A stretch of 39,928 nt of DNA from positions 1-39,928 of the forward strand of contig JAZDIN010000002.1 in NCBI GenBank assembly GCA_043804895.1. The letters are read 5' to 3'. How positions within the stretch are numbered: the stretch's first letter is position 1; each line of letters opens with the position of its first letter. Origin of the DNA: Candidatus Altiarchaeota archaeon (GTDB taxonomy: Archaea > Altiarchaeota > Altiarchaeia > IMC4 > SCGC-AAA252-I15). The notes under the pieces were generated by a model. It did no database searches. It was not told where the DNA came from and was given only the letters and a program-made list of their open reading frames with translations. A program made the position numbers and the translations under genes. Shown here piece by piece: positions 1 to 8,797 of this stretch.

Positions 1-156
1 ACAACTATTGGAAAAGTGGAGCGGTTCCACCGCTCCTATGAAGCGGAAGCATGGAGATACCCAACCCACCCCCAATACATCCAGCACTACAACTTTGAGC
101 GCCCACACCAGGCGCTCAACTATTTAACCCCTGCAGAAGTATACCTTAAAAACTAA
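1..156 (+). CDS. IS481-like DDE transposase, C-terminal fragment (5' part outside window)
   Basis: Hand translation of frame 1 gives TTIGKVERFHRSY...YIQHYNFERPHQALNYLTPAEVYLKN*. GKVERF and YN..RPH..L...TPAEVY are typical of the IS481/IS3 integrase-core C-terminus. Not in the ORF track. Confidence 0.88.
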   Translation, partial: TTIGKVERFHRSYEAEAWRYPTHPQYIQHYNFERPHQALNYLTPAEVYLKN

Positions 157-183
157 CTGTCGGATATCTCATGGGATAGTACA
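1..183 (+). mobile_element. Right end of an IS481-like insertion sequence; putative terminal inverted repeat about 157-183
   Basis: The transposase stop is followed by CTGTCGGATATCTCATGGGATAGTACA, ending in ACA as in the TGT...ACA ends of IS481. The left end is outside the window, so the IR cannot be confirmed. Confidence 0.7.
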
Positions 184-621
184 CTCCCTTGGCTTTTCAA
201 CCTCGTGCCCATGGTACCCCCTAAAATCCTTCTCAACCCTGACTCCAATGCGGTAGCAGTCAAAAACGCTGGCAAAATATAATACTACAAGGACGAGAAG
301 TAATCCGACAGCCATATAGTGGGCCCCCATCAACTGCTCGTTCACCATTCCAGATGAGGGAAAAACCACCATCTCAACGTAAACGATTGCGCCAACACCG
401 CCAATGAAAAACACAGCTGACAGTAGTGCCTTAACGTTATCTTCCAGGTAAAAGTACCCCCCGCCGACATACCCGAAAACAAACTGGAATGCTGCAGCAG
501 CTGCGCTGCTCTTGTGGGTGCTGGCAACCTTTGGACGGTCTCCTATGTCTGAAAGGATATGGTCTACTCCGCTCCTGCTTCCAGCTCTTACCTGTCCTTT
601 TTCGTCAGGCTCAAGGCCCAT
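169..621 (-). CDS. Hypothetical membrane protein; C-terminus runs into the IS end
   Basis: About 3 hydrophobic segments. KSSAAAAAFQFVFGYVGGGYFYL resembles the KS..AA.LS....G.G..Y motif of TM2-like small membrane proteins. Confidence 0.65.
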   Translation of the reverse strand: MGLEPDEKGQVRAGSRSGVDHILSDIGDRPKVASTHKSSAAAAAFQFVFGYVGGGYFYLEDNVKALLSAVFFIGGVGAIVYVEMVVFPSSGMVNEQLMGAHYMAVGLLLVLVVLYFASVFDCYRIGVRVEKDFRGYHGHEVEKPRECTIP

Positions 622-732
622 ACCCCCCTTATTGTTCGAGAGGATTTAAATGCTCAATTTCATCAGTCTGTTTACTGTGGTGGCTGATGAAATTGGCATG
701 TTATAACCCCCCGTCTATTGACTGGTGGTTCT

Positions 733-1935
733 TCACAAACCGAGGAAGAAGAAGATTGTCGGGATAATGAGTACTCCCATTAAGTGCGTCCTGCTGACGC
801 CAGACATTATCGGTAGCATCCCAATAGCGGTCGACACAATTGAAATCAAAAGGCCTAGCCATCCTGTCATTACGTAGACGAGTGTCAGGATGAAGGCGAC
901 CACAGCGGCGGACAGGAGCCTGTAGTCTACAAGCTTGAAATACATGTTCGCCCTCTTGCCTATCTCTATGTGCAGGAACAGGGCGATGACGGCGCTCACA
1001 CAGAATACTCCGACGAACAGTACCATCAGACTGTAGTCCATTTCAAGTATCCTGCCTATCATGACAGCCACTCCGCTTCTAGCGTTGTTAATGGTGTATA
1101 GTGATATTATCGAGTACATAGCATCTGAGGTGTTTATCGCGCTCACTGAGACGAGGAACCCCCGGAGGCTTGAGCCGAATACGCCTGACATGATTATGCC
1201 AATCTGTGAGGGGCTCATAGCAGGGAGGACTCCGACAACCATCCCCCCTATCGCTCCAGATAATCCCCCACCTATGACCTCCCTGTCAAACTCTACTCTT
1301 GCGTACTCCTCCTGAGGTATGTTCCTCGGCTCGCTTTTCATGGAATACAATATACTACTCAAACCGAACAGGCCTGCGAAGACTGGGAACAACACATAAG
1401 TGCTTGAAATTCCCTCAAGGTTCAATGTCAATGACCCGAGTGCGCCAGAGACTAGGAATATAATCGCAGCCCACAACCTACCGCTCCACCCCCCCTCCCG
1501 CATCATCAGGAAGAGTGCAGCTAACGCTATGACGTACACGACGAATCCTCGAATCCAATGGTATATAATCGGTATCACATACAAGGCAGGGAGGAGTAAG
1601 AGGAGGCCGAAGACCACTCCCATAAGACATCCGTATCCTGTGAGCTTAACTGCTTCTAACGCTTTGCCTTCCATCAGAAGGCGATGCGCCGGCAGTATGC
1701 TCAAAGCGGTCTCCTCCTCAGGAACCCCCAAGAATATAGCTGGTATGAAGTCGAGGAATTGCTGCGTGATGGCCATCGCAACCATGAATACGCTAAACTC
1801 AATAGCATCCAAACCCAAGCCGGCGTACAGGCTCAAACCGATTAGACAGACGGTGTTAACATGCAATCCCGGAGTCAAACCTGTGATTGTACCGGCTAGG
1901 CATCCGGCCAGGATGAGGGGAAGGTACTCCAACAT
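733..1935 (-). CDS. TctA-family (tripartite tricarboxylate transporter-like) permease, archaeal type
   Basis: Polytopic protein with GLTPGLHVN, F.DFIPAIFLGVP and LPAHRLLMEGK motifs. ATG at 1935 preferred; the ORF extends to 1959. Confidence 0.85.
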   Translation of the reverse strand: MLEYLPLILAGCLAGTITGLTPGLHVNTVCLIGLSLYAGLGLDAIEFSVFMVAMAITQQFLDFIPAIFLGVPEEETALSILPAHRLLMEGKALEAVKLTGYGCLMGVVFGLLLLLPALYVIPIIYHWIRGFVVYVIALAALFLMMREGGWSGRLWAAIIFLVSGALGSLTLNLEGISSTYVLFPVFAGLFGLSSILYSMKSEPRNIPQEEYARVEFDREVIGGGLSGAIGGMVVGVLPAMSPSQIGIIMSGVFGSSLRGFLVSVSAINTSDAMYSIISLYTINNARSGVAVMIGRILEMDYSLMVLFVGVFCVSAVIALFLHIEIGKRANMYFKLVDYRLLSAAVVAFILTLVYVMTGWLGLLISIVSTAIGMLPIMSGVSRTHLMGVLIIPTIFFFLGL

Positions 1936-1973
1936 CAAATAAATATAACCTAATCGCATTATTAGTCCAAGAG

Positions 1974-2204
1974 GTGTTTGTCATGGTCGATCTAAAAACC
2001 AAAAAGGAGTTAATTCAGCGGCTTTCTAAGATGACGAAGCAGGATAAGAAGCCTATGAGCGACTTAGAGCGTCAGGCCGGGTTGTTGAACCGTCTTGACA
2101 GGATGGAAGAGCTTGAGCAGTCAGGGGAGACTGAGCAGCATAAGCGGAACAAGAAGGACTTGTGGAAGAAGCTAGAAGAGGATGCTATAAAACGGAGCAA
2201 ATAG
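1974..2204 (+). CDS. Small charged hypothetical protein
   Basis: 76-aa helical-looking ORF; GAGGTG could serve as SD for the ATG at 1983. Confidence 0.6.
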   Translation: MFVMVDLKTKKELIQRLSKMTKQDKKPMSDLERQAGLLNRLDRMEELEQSGETEQHKRNKKDLWKKLEEDAIKRSK

Positions 2205-2243
2205 GCTAATCGAACTTGCCCTGGCTGAGGAGCGATTTTTCAA

Positions 2244-2417
2244 TCAGAATCGACGCGAAGGTTTGGAGTCTCTGGTACTCCTCTCCGTCCTGGTGAGGTT
2301 TTTCATCGCTTCATCGAATTTTGCCTCTGTAGGGTCTTCTTTCATGTCTGAGGCGCCTCTCCTTTCTTGCGCTGCTGGCGTGGTTTTCTTATCCCATAAC
2401 CTTTCTTTCCTTTCCAT
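2244..2417 (-). CDS. Possible small hypothetical protein (57 aa)
   Basis: Hand translation MERKERLWDKKTTPAAQERRGASDMKEDPTEAKFDEAMKNLTRTERSTRDSKPSRRF*, with an AT-rich promoter-like region upstream. Confidence 0.35.
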   Translation of the reverse strand: MERKERLWDKKTTPAAQERRGASDMKEDPTEAKFDEAMKNLTRTERSTRDSKPSRRF

Positions 2418-2536
2418 CTTCCATAAATTAAGCGACTACATTTAAATACTTGCCTTATTTCCATCGCTAAAATACATAATATCTATGAATCTAAATAATT
2501 AGAAATTTAAACAAATAGAAAAATATACAATGTTCC

Positions 2537-3136
2537 TTAATCACTCAAAATCTGTTCAATAACAGCCCTAAACTCCCCCCCCTCATATCCAGGCAGGTTC
2601 CTAACATAATAACCGTTGCCAGTCCTCGTGAACCTACAACCGAAGCTGAAATACGGGACAGTGTTCATGTTACCCCCCTCGAAGATCGTATACTCCTCCT
2701 TAGGTATCACCCCCTCCACAAAATCCGTTAACACATCATCATTCCTGTCGAAAAACCAATGGTGCGCGACTATGCTCCCGTTGCCAACATACCCCCCCAC
2801 AACATTGTCAAAGATTGGGCCGCTCCAGGTGCAGTGTTCGCAGTCTGTCTTGCTGTACATCCTAACTATCGGTTTCCCATCCACCTTGCAGATCTCTCCG
2901 CCGTTGTCCTTGAACGTCTTTATGAGCTTGCTGAGTGTTGTCGTGGTCGTAGACCTCGGTTCCGATAATGTCGTCGGTGGATTAGTTGGTTCCGTCGACG
3001 TGGTAGTTGGCATATAGTAGGTGAAATCGACATCCTCAACTGTCGTCGTGGTTGTCTCATGCGGAGTCTTTTGGGTTTCCCCTCCAATGCACCCGCAGGC
3101 TAAAAATCCAACCAACAGGAGAGCCAACCTTTTCAT
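2537..3136 (-). CDS. Secreted or lipid-anchored thioredoxin-like protein with a Thr-rich linker
   Basis: MKR + hydrophobic stretch + lipobox-like LACGC; poly-Thr linker; CEHC active-site motif; VPYF cis-Pro motif. Confidence 0.8.
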   Translation of the reverse strand: MKRLALLLVGFLACGCIGGETQKTPHETTTTTVEDVDFTYYMPTTTSTEPTNPPTTLSEPRSTTTTTLSKLIKTFKDNGGEICKVDGKPIVRMYSKTDCEHCTWSGPIFDNVVGGYVGNGSIVAHHWFFDRNDDVLTDFVEGVIPKEEYTIFEGGNMNTVPYFSFGCRFTRTGNGYYVRNLPGYEGGEFRAVIEQILSD

Positions 3137-3231
3137 GTACCTGACAATAGTTTTCAAACCCTATATACCCTTACTTTCCAGAAAGACTCTAACATATTTT
3201 TACCCCCCGGAGACAATACCTAAACTCCAAG

Positions 3232-5421
3232 ATGAAGGTTTGCAAAAGCAACAAGGAATTGGTAAAATTCGACAGGAACAAGATAATAAAGACTTGCATG
3301 TCAGCTGGAGCACCGATTGCCCTTGCCACCCAAATAGCATCGGAGGTGCGTAAGGAAGGCTATGACGGCATGACGACTGATGAGATTCGGATGCGCGTCT
3401 ATATCAAGCTGAAGAAGGTCAATCCTGAGATAGCGGAACAGTACGTCTACCGCTCTAACATGAAGGTCCGCACCTCCTCGAACATCCTCGACTACTTCCA
3501 GTCCTCCAGGATTGTCGACTCGCTTGTGAAGGAAACCCATGTCGACAGGTCGTTCGCTGAGACAATAGCTAAGGAGGTCGAGAAGGAATTGGGCAGGATG
3601 AGACTGAACTATGTCACTGCGCCGCTCATCCGTGAGATAGTCAACGTGAAGCTCCTTGAACACGGCATGGAGTCGGTGCGTGCAAGATACACCCGTCTTG
3701 GAATGCCAGTCTACGACGTTAAAAGACTCCTCGAGGAGGGGTCTAAGGAGATACCCCAATACAGTCCTGAGGCAGTCCACAAGGTCATGAGCGACCAGAT
3801 TGCAAGGGAATACTCGCTCCTCAACGTCCTGCCGATAGATCTAGCAGACGCGCACATGACTGGACAGATACACATCCACGACCTAAACCACTTCCCCCTC
3901 CGGCCTACGACATTCTCCCATGATATGAGGTTCTTCCTAACGCGCGGATTGAAGGTCGACGGAGTAGGCGAGTACACAGCCACCGCCGGCCCTGCAAAGC
4001 GTCCATCCTCAGCTTTCATGCACGCAGTCAAGGTGCTGGTAGGCGGACAAGCTGACTGCTCCAGGGAGCAGTGCATCGAAGACTTTAACGTGATACTCGC
4101 CCCATACGTCCGCGGCCTAGAATACGCTGAAGTCAAGCAGCTGGTGCAGATGCTATTCTACGAGATATCGCAGACGTCAGTCGGCCGCGGCGGTCAGGCG
4201 GTTTATGCTACGCTCTCATGCGACACCTCCGTGCCAGAGCACCTTAAGGATGTATCTGCAGTCCAGCCTGGCGGGAAGATGCAAAAAAGCGTTACATACT
4301 CAGATTTCGCATCAGAAGCTGAATCCATATTCAAAGCCTTCTGCGATGTCGGCCTTGAAGGCGACTCATTCCATAAGCCTTTCATCTACCCTAAAATCCT
4401 ATTCAACGTCACAGGCAGACGTTCAGACGAGCTGATGCTAAAGGCTGCGGAGCTGACCTGCAAGTTCGGGCTACCATACTTCCTAAACACTGGGAAGCAC
4501 TTCTACGGACCACGCCGGGGTACTATACAACATGTGACTGTGAATCTGCCACAGGTTGGTTACAAGAGTAACGGCAACATGTTCGAAGTCCTAGATAACA
4601 GGATGAAGAAGGCAGCTGAAGTCCTGCTTTTGAAGAGGAAGGTCATCTCAAAGAATCTCGAACGCAATCTACTCCCATTCCTGAAGCAGAAGGCAGAAGG
4701 TCTCAGGTACTATAACCCAGACAAGCAGCTCCATGTCATATCCTATTCAGGTTTGAACGAGCTTGTCATGCAGGAGACCGGCTCTGACCTTAGGGTAAGG
4801 CCTGGCGTCAGATTCGGCCTGAAGGTCGTGAAGGCGATGATGAAGTCTGTGAAGACCTTCGCTGATGAGAGTGACTTGGACTTCATACTCACAGGAGACC
4901 CGAAGGGCATATGCTACGCGAGCTTCGCAGCCTTTGATGTCGCCAGATACGGCAGCAAAGCTCAAGTCAACGGAGGCAAAAACCCATACTACAGTAAAGG
5001 CCATTACGTGAATGCCCGCCGCCTCCAAGACAAACTGAACACAGAAGGAAGGTTCAACCTCGCAGTGAGTGGCAGGACCACGACTCACTTAAGGCTTGCC
5101 GAAGGCGAATACACAGCAGATGAGACGCTTAAATTCGTCAACCGGCTCCTTTACCGCAAAGACCTGCGTTACCTGGCTGTTTCCCGCACGCTAACCATAT
5201 GCTCCAAATGCGGGTTCACACAACTGACCATAACCGGAAAATGCTGCAAATGCAACAGTCGCATGGTTGGCGTCTGGAGCCGCGACAGCGGCCACATACA
5301 GAACACTAGGACATGGAATTCGGCTCAGAGGCAATCATACATGGACGAATACAGGTACACCCTAGGAGGACAGGGTGTGAAACCGTCCTCAAGGCAGCGC
5401 AGGTTCATCGGCAGACAGTAA
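3232..5421 (+). CDS. nrdD: Class III (anaerobic) ribonucleotide reductase homologue with two ATP cones; catalytic motifs degenerate
   Basis: Two N-terminal ATP-cone repeats, YTRLGMPVYD, AHMTGQIHIHDL, VTVNLP, SGLNE and a C-terminal CSKC...CCKC Zn site. The symbol indicates homology only (see findings). Confidence 0.9.
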   Translation: MKVCKSNKELVKFDRNKIIKTCMSAGAPIALATQIASEVRKEGYDGMTTDEIRMRVYIKLKKVNPEIAEQYVYRSNMKVRTSSNILDYFQSSRIVDSLVKETHVDRSFAETIAKEVEKELGRMRLNYVTAPLIREIVNVKLLEHGMESVRARYTRLGMPVYDVKRLLEEGSKEIPQYSPEAVHKVMSDQIAREYSLLNVLPIDLADAHMTGQIHIHDLNHFPLRPTTFSHDMRFFLTRGLKVDGVGEYTATAGPAKRPSSAFMHAVKVLVGGQADCSREQCIEDFNVILAPYVRGLEYAEVKQLVQMLFYEISQTSVGRGGQAVYATLSCDTSVPEHLKDVSAVQPGGKMQKSVTYSDFASEAESIFKAFCDVGLEGDSFHKPFIYPKILFNVTGRRSDELMLKAAELTCKFGLPYFLNTGKHFYGPRRGTIQHVTVNLPQVGYKSNGNMFEVLDNRMKKAAEVLLLKRKVISKNLERNLLPFLKQKAEGLRYYNPDKQLHVISYSGLNELVMQETGSDLRVRPGVRFGLKVVKAMMKSVKTFADESDLDFILTGDPKGICYASFAAFDVARYGSKAQVNGGKNPYYSKGHYVNARRLQDKLNTEGRFNLAVSGRTTTHLRLAEGEYTADETLKFVNRLLYRKDLRYLAVSRTLTICSKCGFTQLTITGKCCKCNSRMVGVWSRDSGHIQNTRTWNSAQRQSYMDEYRYTLGGQGVKPSSRQRRFIGRQ

Positions 5422-5422
5422 C

Positions 5423-6706
5423 ATGAACGTGAAATATCAATCATGGGATAATCCACGTTGTGAGATATTGAAGTCGATGAGCAAGCTACGTCCGATGAGC
5501 AGGCGCTTGTGTCTCCAATGTAAGGGTGGCAGACTACTGTGTGGCAACAGGTCCTGTCCGCTCCTGGCGAAAATCGACCTACAGAATCCGGTCCAAGACC
5601 GCCTTAAGGAACAGATGTTCGGGCCCTCCCCCTCGGTCTTCGTAGGCTGGAACGACTACCCCTCAGTGTATGTCGGCCCCATGACTTCGCTGGAGGAGGC
5701 CGGCTGCGACACGTTCGACAACCCGGGCTTATGGTATGGTATGGGGTTCGACGACATAATCAGGGCGCGTTCCCTTCTTGTCAGAGGCAAACAGAAGCAT
5801 CCCATAATGGAGCGAAGTAGGTTCGTTGATGAGATGCAGGAGATAGCGCTGTCAGTTCGGCCGGTTGACGTTGAAGCCCACTACACTAAGAGGCCTCATT
5901 TTAGCCTCTCCTTCTCCCCAATCAGCCAGCCTATGGGTGCGTCAGGGGAGTTGAAGAGTTTCTCAGTCGCAGACAATCCTGTCATCCCCCAGAAGGTGGA
6001 TTCGGTTGTCTCTGACGAGCTCACAGCCGGGGAGCAGGTGGTGGAACTTTTTGACCGTAACATGGACGTCTACTACCTGAGCAACGTCCTATCCTCCGGG
6101 GCGCTTGGTATGGAAGACGCTAAAAGGTTGGTTCCGACAAGGTGGGGTATAACAGCAGTCGACGACATACTCGGTAGGGAGCTGATGAAGCGCATACGTG
6201 ACTACCCTGAGCTTCCGGAAATCCAAGTCTACGGGAACACATACCTCGGCAACCACTTCGAAATACTACTCATCCCCGGTGCATGGGAGTTCGAACAGTT
6301 CGAAGCATGGGCTCCCAACACCCTGTGGACGATGTCAAACGACCAGTACACGATAGTGGAAGAGCATGAAGGCCATGGGGGACGATGGGATTACGCATAC
6401 AATGAAGGAGGCGGCTACTATGCGGGCCGATTCGCCGCCGCGGAGGCCCTCAACCGGATGGGCAGGCAGGCCCGCTGCGTCATATTCAGGGAAATCTACG
6501 ACTCCTATGTGATGCCTGTGGGAGTGTGGGAGGTGCGGGAGAACGTCAGGAAGGCGCTGGAGAAACCCCCAACCAAATTCAGGACGCTGCCGGAGGCTTT
6601 GGACGACATAAGCCAGAGGCTCCTAATCAACATAAACTGTTACATACTGAAATCCCAGATTCTACGCCAGCGTAGGATAACGGACTACACCCGATTCTCG
6701 GGGTAA
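5423..6706 (+). CDS. nreA: Nre-family archaeal DNA repair protein
   Basis: N-terminal CLQCKG..LLCG...CP, SPSVFVG...YP.V.VGP, RLVPTRWGITAVD, GGYYA, MPVGVWEVRENVR, and a C-terminal PIP-like QRRITDY. True start may be 5477 or 5494. Confidence 0.93.
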   Translation: MNVKYQSWDNPRCEILKSMSKLRPMSRRLCLQCKGGRLLCGNRSCPLLAKIDLQNPVQDRLKEQMFGPSPSVFVGWNDYPSVYVGPMTSLEEAGCDTFDNPGLWYGMGFDDIIRARSLLVRGKQKHPIMERSRFVDEMQEIALSVRPVDVEAHYTKRPHFSLSFSPISQPMGASGELKSFSVADNPVIPQKVDSVVSDELTAGEQVVELFDRNMDVYYLSNVLSSGALGMEDAKRLVPTRWGITAVDDILGRELMKRIRDYPELPEIQVYGNTYLGNHFEILLIPGAWEFEQFEAWAPNTLWTMSNDQYTIVEEHEGHGGRWDYAYNEGGGYYAGRFAAAEALNRMGRQARCVIFREIYDSYVMPVGVWEVRENVRKALEKPPTKFRTLPEALDDISQRLLININCYILKSQILRQRRITDYTRFSG

Positions 6707-8346
6707 AATTCACTCGCATTCTCGTACTCTCTCAGGCTCATGTTTGCCCTACCCTGCATCTTATACACTTCCTCAAGCATTATATGCGTTTTAGCCTCAT
6801 CAGGGGTTATCTCTATGGACCGCCTGAACTCTTCAGCCGCGGCGTCTGTCATACCCTGCTTAACATATATGATTCCGAGATTGTTGTGGGCTTCTTCGAG
6901 TTCCGGTTTAATTTTTATCGCAGTTTTGAATTCATTAACAGCCAAATCTACCCGCCCCTGTTTTGTGTATATAATCCCCAGGTTGTTGTGGGCTTCAGCG
7001 ATGTCTGGGTTTATATCAAGGGTTTTTTTGAACTCTTCAGTCGCGGCATCTGCCATACCATGTCGGGCGTATTCAATCCCCAAGTCTAAATGCGGGAGCG
7101 CACTCCCTGGCGACCGTTCAGCAGTCTTAGACCACAGGGTCATCTGGTCCCTCCACTCATAATTCCTTGAAATTGTCAGTCCAGCGTATGCTAGAACAAC
7201 GAAGACAAAAACCAATGCCAGCCACTTATCTTTCCTAAAACCCTGGTAGACAACCCACGAAAAAAGGAGGCAGAAGCCAAAGGACGGCAGATATAAGTAC
7301 CTTTCCGCCATGACGACTGGTTGTGGGATTATGTTGGAGACCGGGGATAATCCGATAATAAACCACCCTATGCAAAAGGAAACGATAGGATACCTTCTAA
7401 GACACTTCACCATGATAACAACCAGGGTCAATATCACGGCCATTGAGAAGAGAACGTCAGAATCTAAGATGGTCTGGGCAAATACTACCCCCATAAGATT
7501 CGAGTCTATGTGGGAGGAAATGCCTCCAGGCAGTGTGTGTTCCAAGCTCAGGCCAACCGGGAACAGGGTCAACGAGACGTACTTGACAAAGGCCTTGGAC
7601 ATAGTGAGCATCGTGTAATAAAAGCTACCGGCAAAATATTGCCCCCGGGGTAACTCCAAGATGAGCGACCTAACAAGGAAGTAAAAGGCAGCTAGCATGA
7701 AATAGGGAATCTTCACCCAATATCCCCCGACTGAACGTCTTTTAGCCTTCCTGAAGCAGGCATCATACAAGACTATCATCAGCGGGAGGGTGAGCGTAAC
7801 CTCATACGTCAAAAACGCCAATACCGCAAATGCTGCTGAAAAAACATACTCAACTCTTCTCCAATCCCCCCCAGACCTCAAATACAGCAGAAAGGAGGAG
7901 AGGAAGAAAGCCACACCAATAACGTCAAAGCTTGCAGTCATGAACGTAACCGCTTCCGTATGAACCGGGTGAACGCCAAATACTATCGCAGTCATAAGCG
8001 CAATCACTCCGGACTCAGCAACCTCCAAGGCGATGAAATAGACGAGTATTGTGCAGGTCAGATGCACAAAAAGCGACTGAAGGTGGTAGCCTGCGGGGTT
8101 CACACCCCACAACCAGTAACCCACTGCATAAAACACCCCCCTTACCGGCCTGTAGACTCCGCTATGGCCATGCGGCAGCTCTCCAGTGAAGAACGAGGGA
8201 ATGTTGCCAAGACTTCTTGTTGCATTCCATTTAACAATAAAGGTGTAGTCGTCGTAGACGAATTCATTCTGGAAAATATTCGAGTACGCCAGCGAAGTCA
8301 CTACCGCAACCAAAACACAGTGGAAGACCACATCATACTCGACCAT
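6685..8346 (-). CDS. TMTC-like GT-C glycosyltransferase membrane protein with C-terminal TPR repeats
   Basis: FVYDD loop, YRP, HPVHTEAV and AERYLYLPS motifs, many TM helices, and about 4 TPRs (AHNNLGIIY). Confidence 0.85.
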   Translation of the reverse strand: MVEYDVVFHCVLVAVVTSLAYSNIFQNEFVYDDYTFIVKWNATRSLGNIPSFFTGELPHGHSGVYRPVRGVFYAVGYWLWGVNPAGYHLQSLFVHLTCTILVYFIALEVAESGVIALMTAIVFGVHPVHTEAVTFMTASFDVIGVAFFLSSFLLYLRSGGDWRRVEYVFSAAFAVLAFLTYEVTLTLPLMIVLYDACFRKAKRRSVGGYWVKIPYFMLAAFYFLVRSLILELPRGQYFAGSFYYTMLTMSKAFVKYVSLTLFPVGLSLEHTLPGGISSHIDSNLMGVVFAQTILDSDVLFSMAVILTLVVIMVKCLRRYPIVSFCIGWFIIGLSPVSNIIPQPVVMAERYLYLPSFGFCLLFSWVVYQGFRKDKWLALVFVFVVLAYAGLTISRNYEWRDQMTLWSKTAERSPGSALPHLDLGIEYARHGMADAATEEFKKTLDINPDIAEAHNNLGIIYTKQGRVDLAVNEFKTAIKIKPELEEAHNNLGIIYVKQGMTDAAAEEFRRSIEITPDEAKTHIMLEEVYKMQGRANMSLREYENASEFYPENRV

Positions 8347-8379
8347 CTTCAATATTCAATCCCTTTCCCAATAAATATG

Positions 8380-8592
8380 TCAGCACACTCGGCCGTTGCT
8401 AGCATTCAGTTCCCACCGTGCGCAGTATCTTATGCAAAACTCAGCGAGGTTTTTGAATCCTATGTCGAATCCCATAGCCAGCATCTTCTTGCACACGTTA
8501 GAGTCGGGAGCCTCGTCAGGTAGGCCGTAGGCTTTAATGTACATCCTGTCGCATTCTCTAATCTGCTTTAAGACTTTTTCCGTCTCATCCAT
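8380..8592 (-). CDS. Small Cys-containing hypothetical protein
   Basis: 70-aa ORF co-oriented with the TMTC-like gene. Confidence 0.5.
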   Translation of the reverse strand: MDETEKVLKQIRECDRMYIKAYGLPDEAPDSNVCKKMLAMGFDIGFKNLAEFCIRYCARWELNASNGRVC

Positions 8593-8716
8593 GCCATGTC
8601 CCCCGCGCGGCAGCTACTGCAAGCAGGACTCCGAGCATTATCAGAATCTGCAGGACGTCTGACGATGATGCCCCATTCACTGCCACGCACGTGTTAGTCC
8701 CGCTTATATACGCCAT
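8585..8716 (-). CDS. Possible 43-aa single-TM peptide
   Basis: Hand translation MAYISGTNTCVAVNGASSSDVLQILIMLGVLLAVAAARGTWHG*; overlaps the start of the next ORF by 8 nt. Confidence 0.3.
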   Translation of the reverse strand: MAYISGTNTCVAVNGASSSDVLQILIMLGVLLAVAAARGTWHG

Positions 8717-8797
8717 CTTACCATAATCCCTATTCGAAAGCCCCTGAGATAATCCTTAGGCTAGAATAGTGTCAAATTAGGGTTCCAATGAGGTAAA

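Noticed and set aside
18-36. Hairpin GGAGCGG-TTCCA-CCGCTCC
   Set aside because: A single 7-bp stem inside transposase coding sequence, with no evidence of function.
6820-7060. Short DNA repeats in the TMTC-like gene
   Set aside because: Explained by tandem TPR units.
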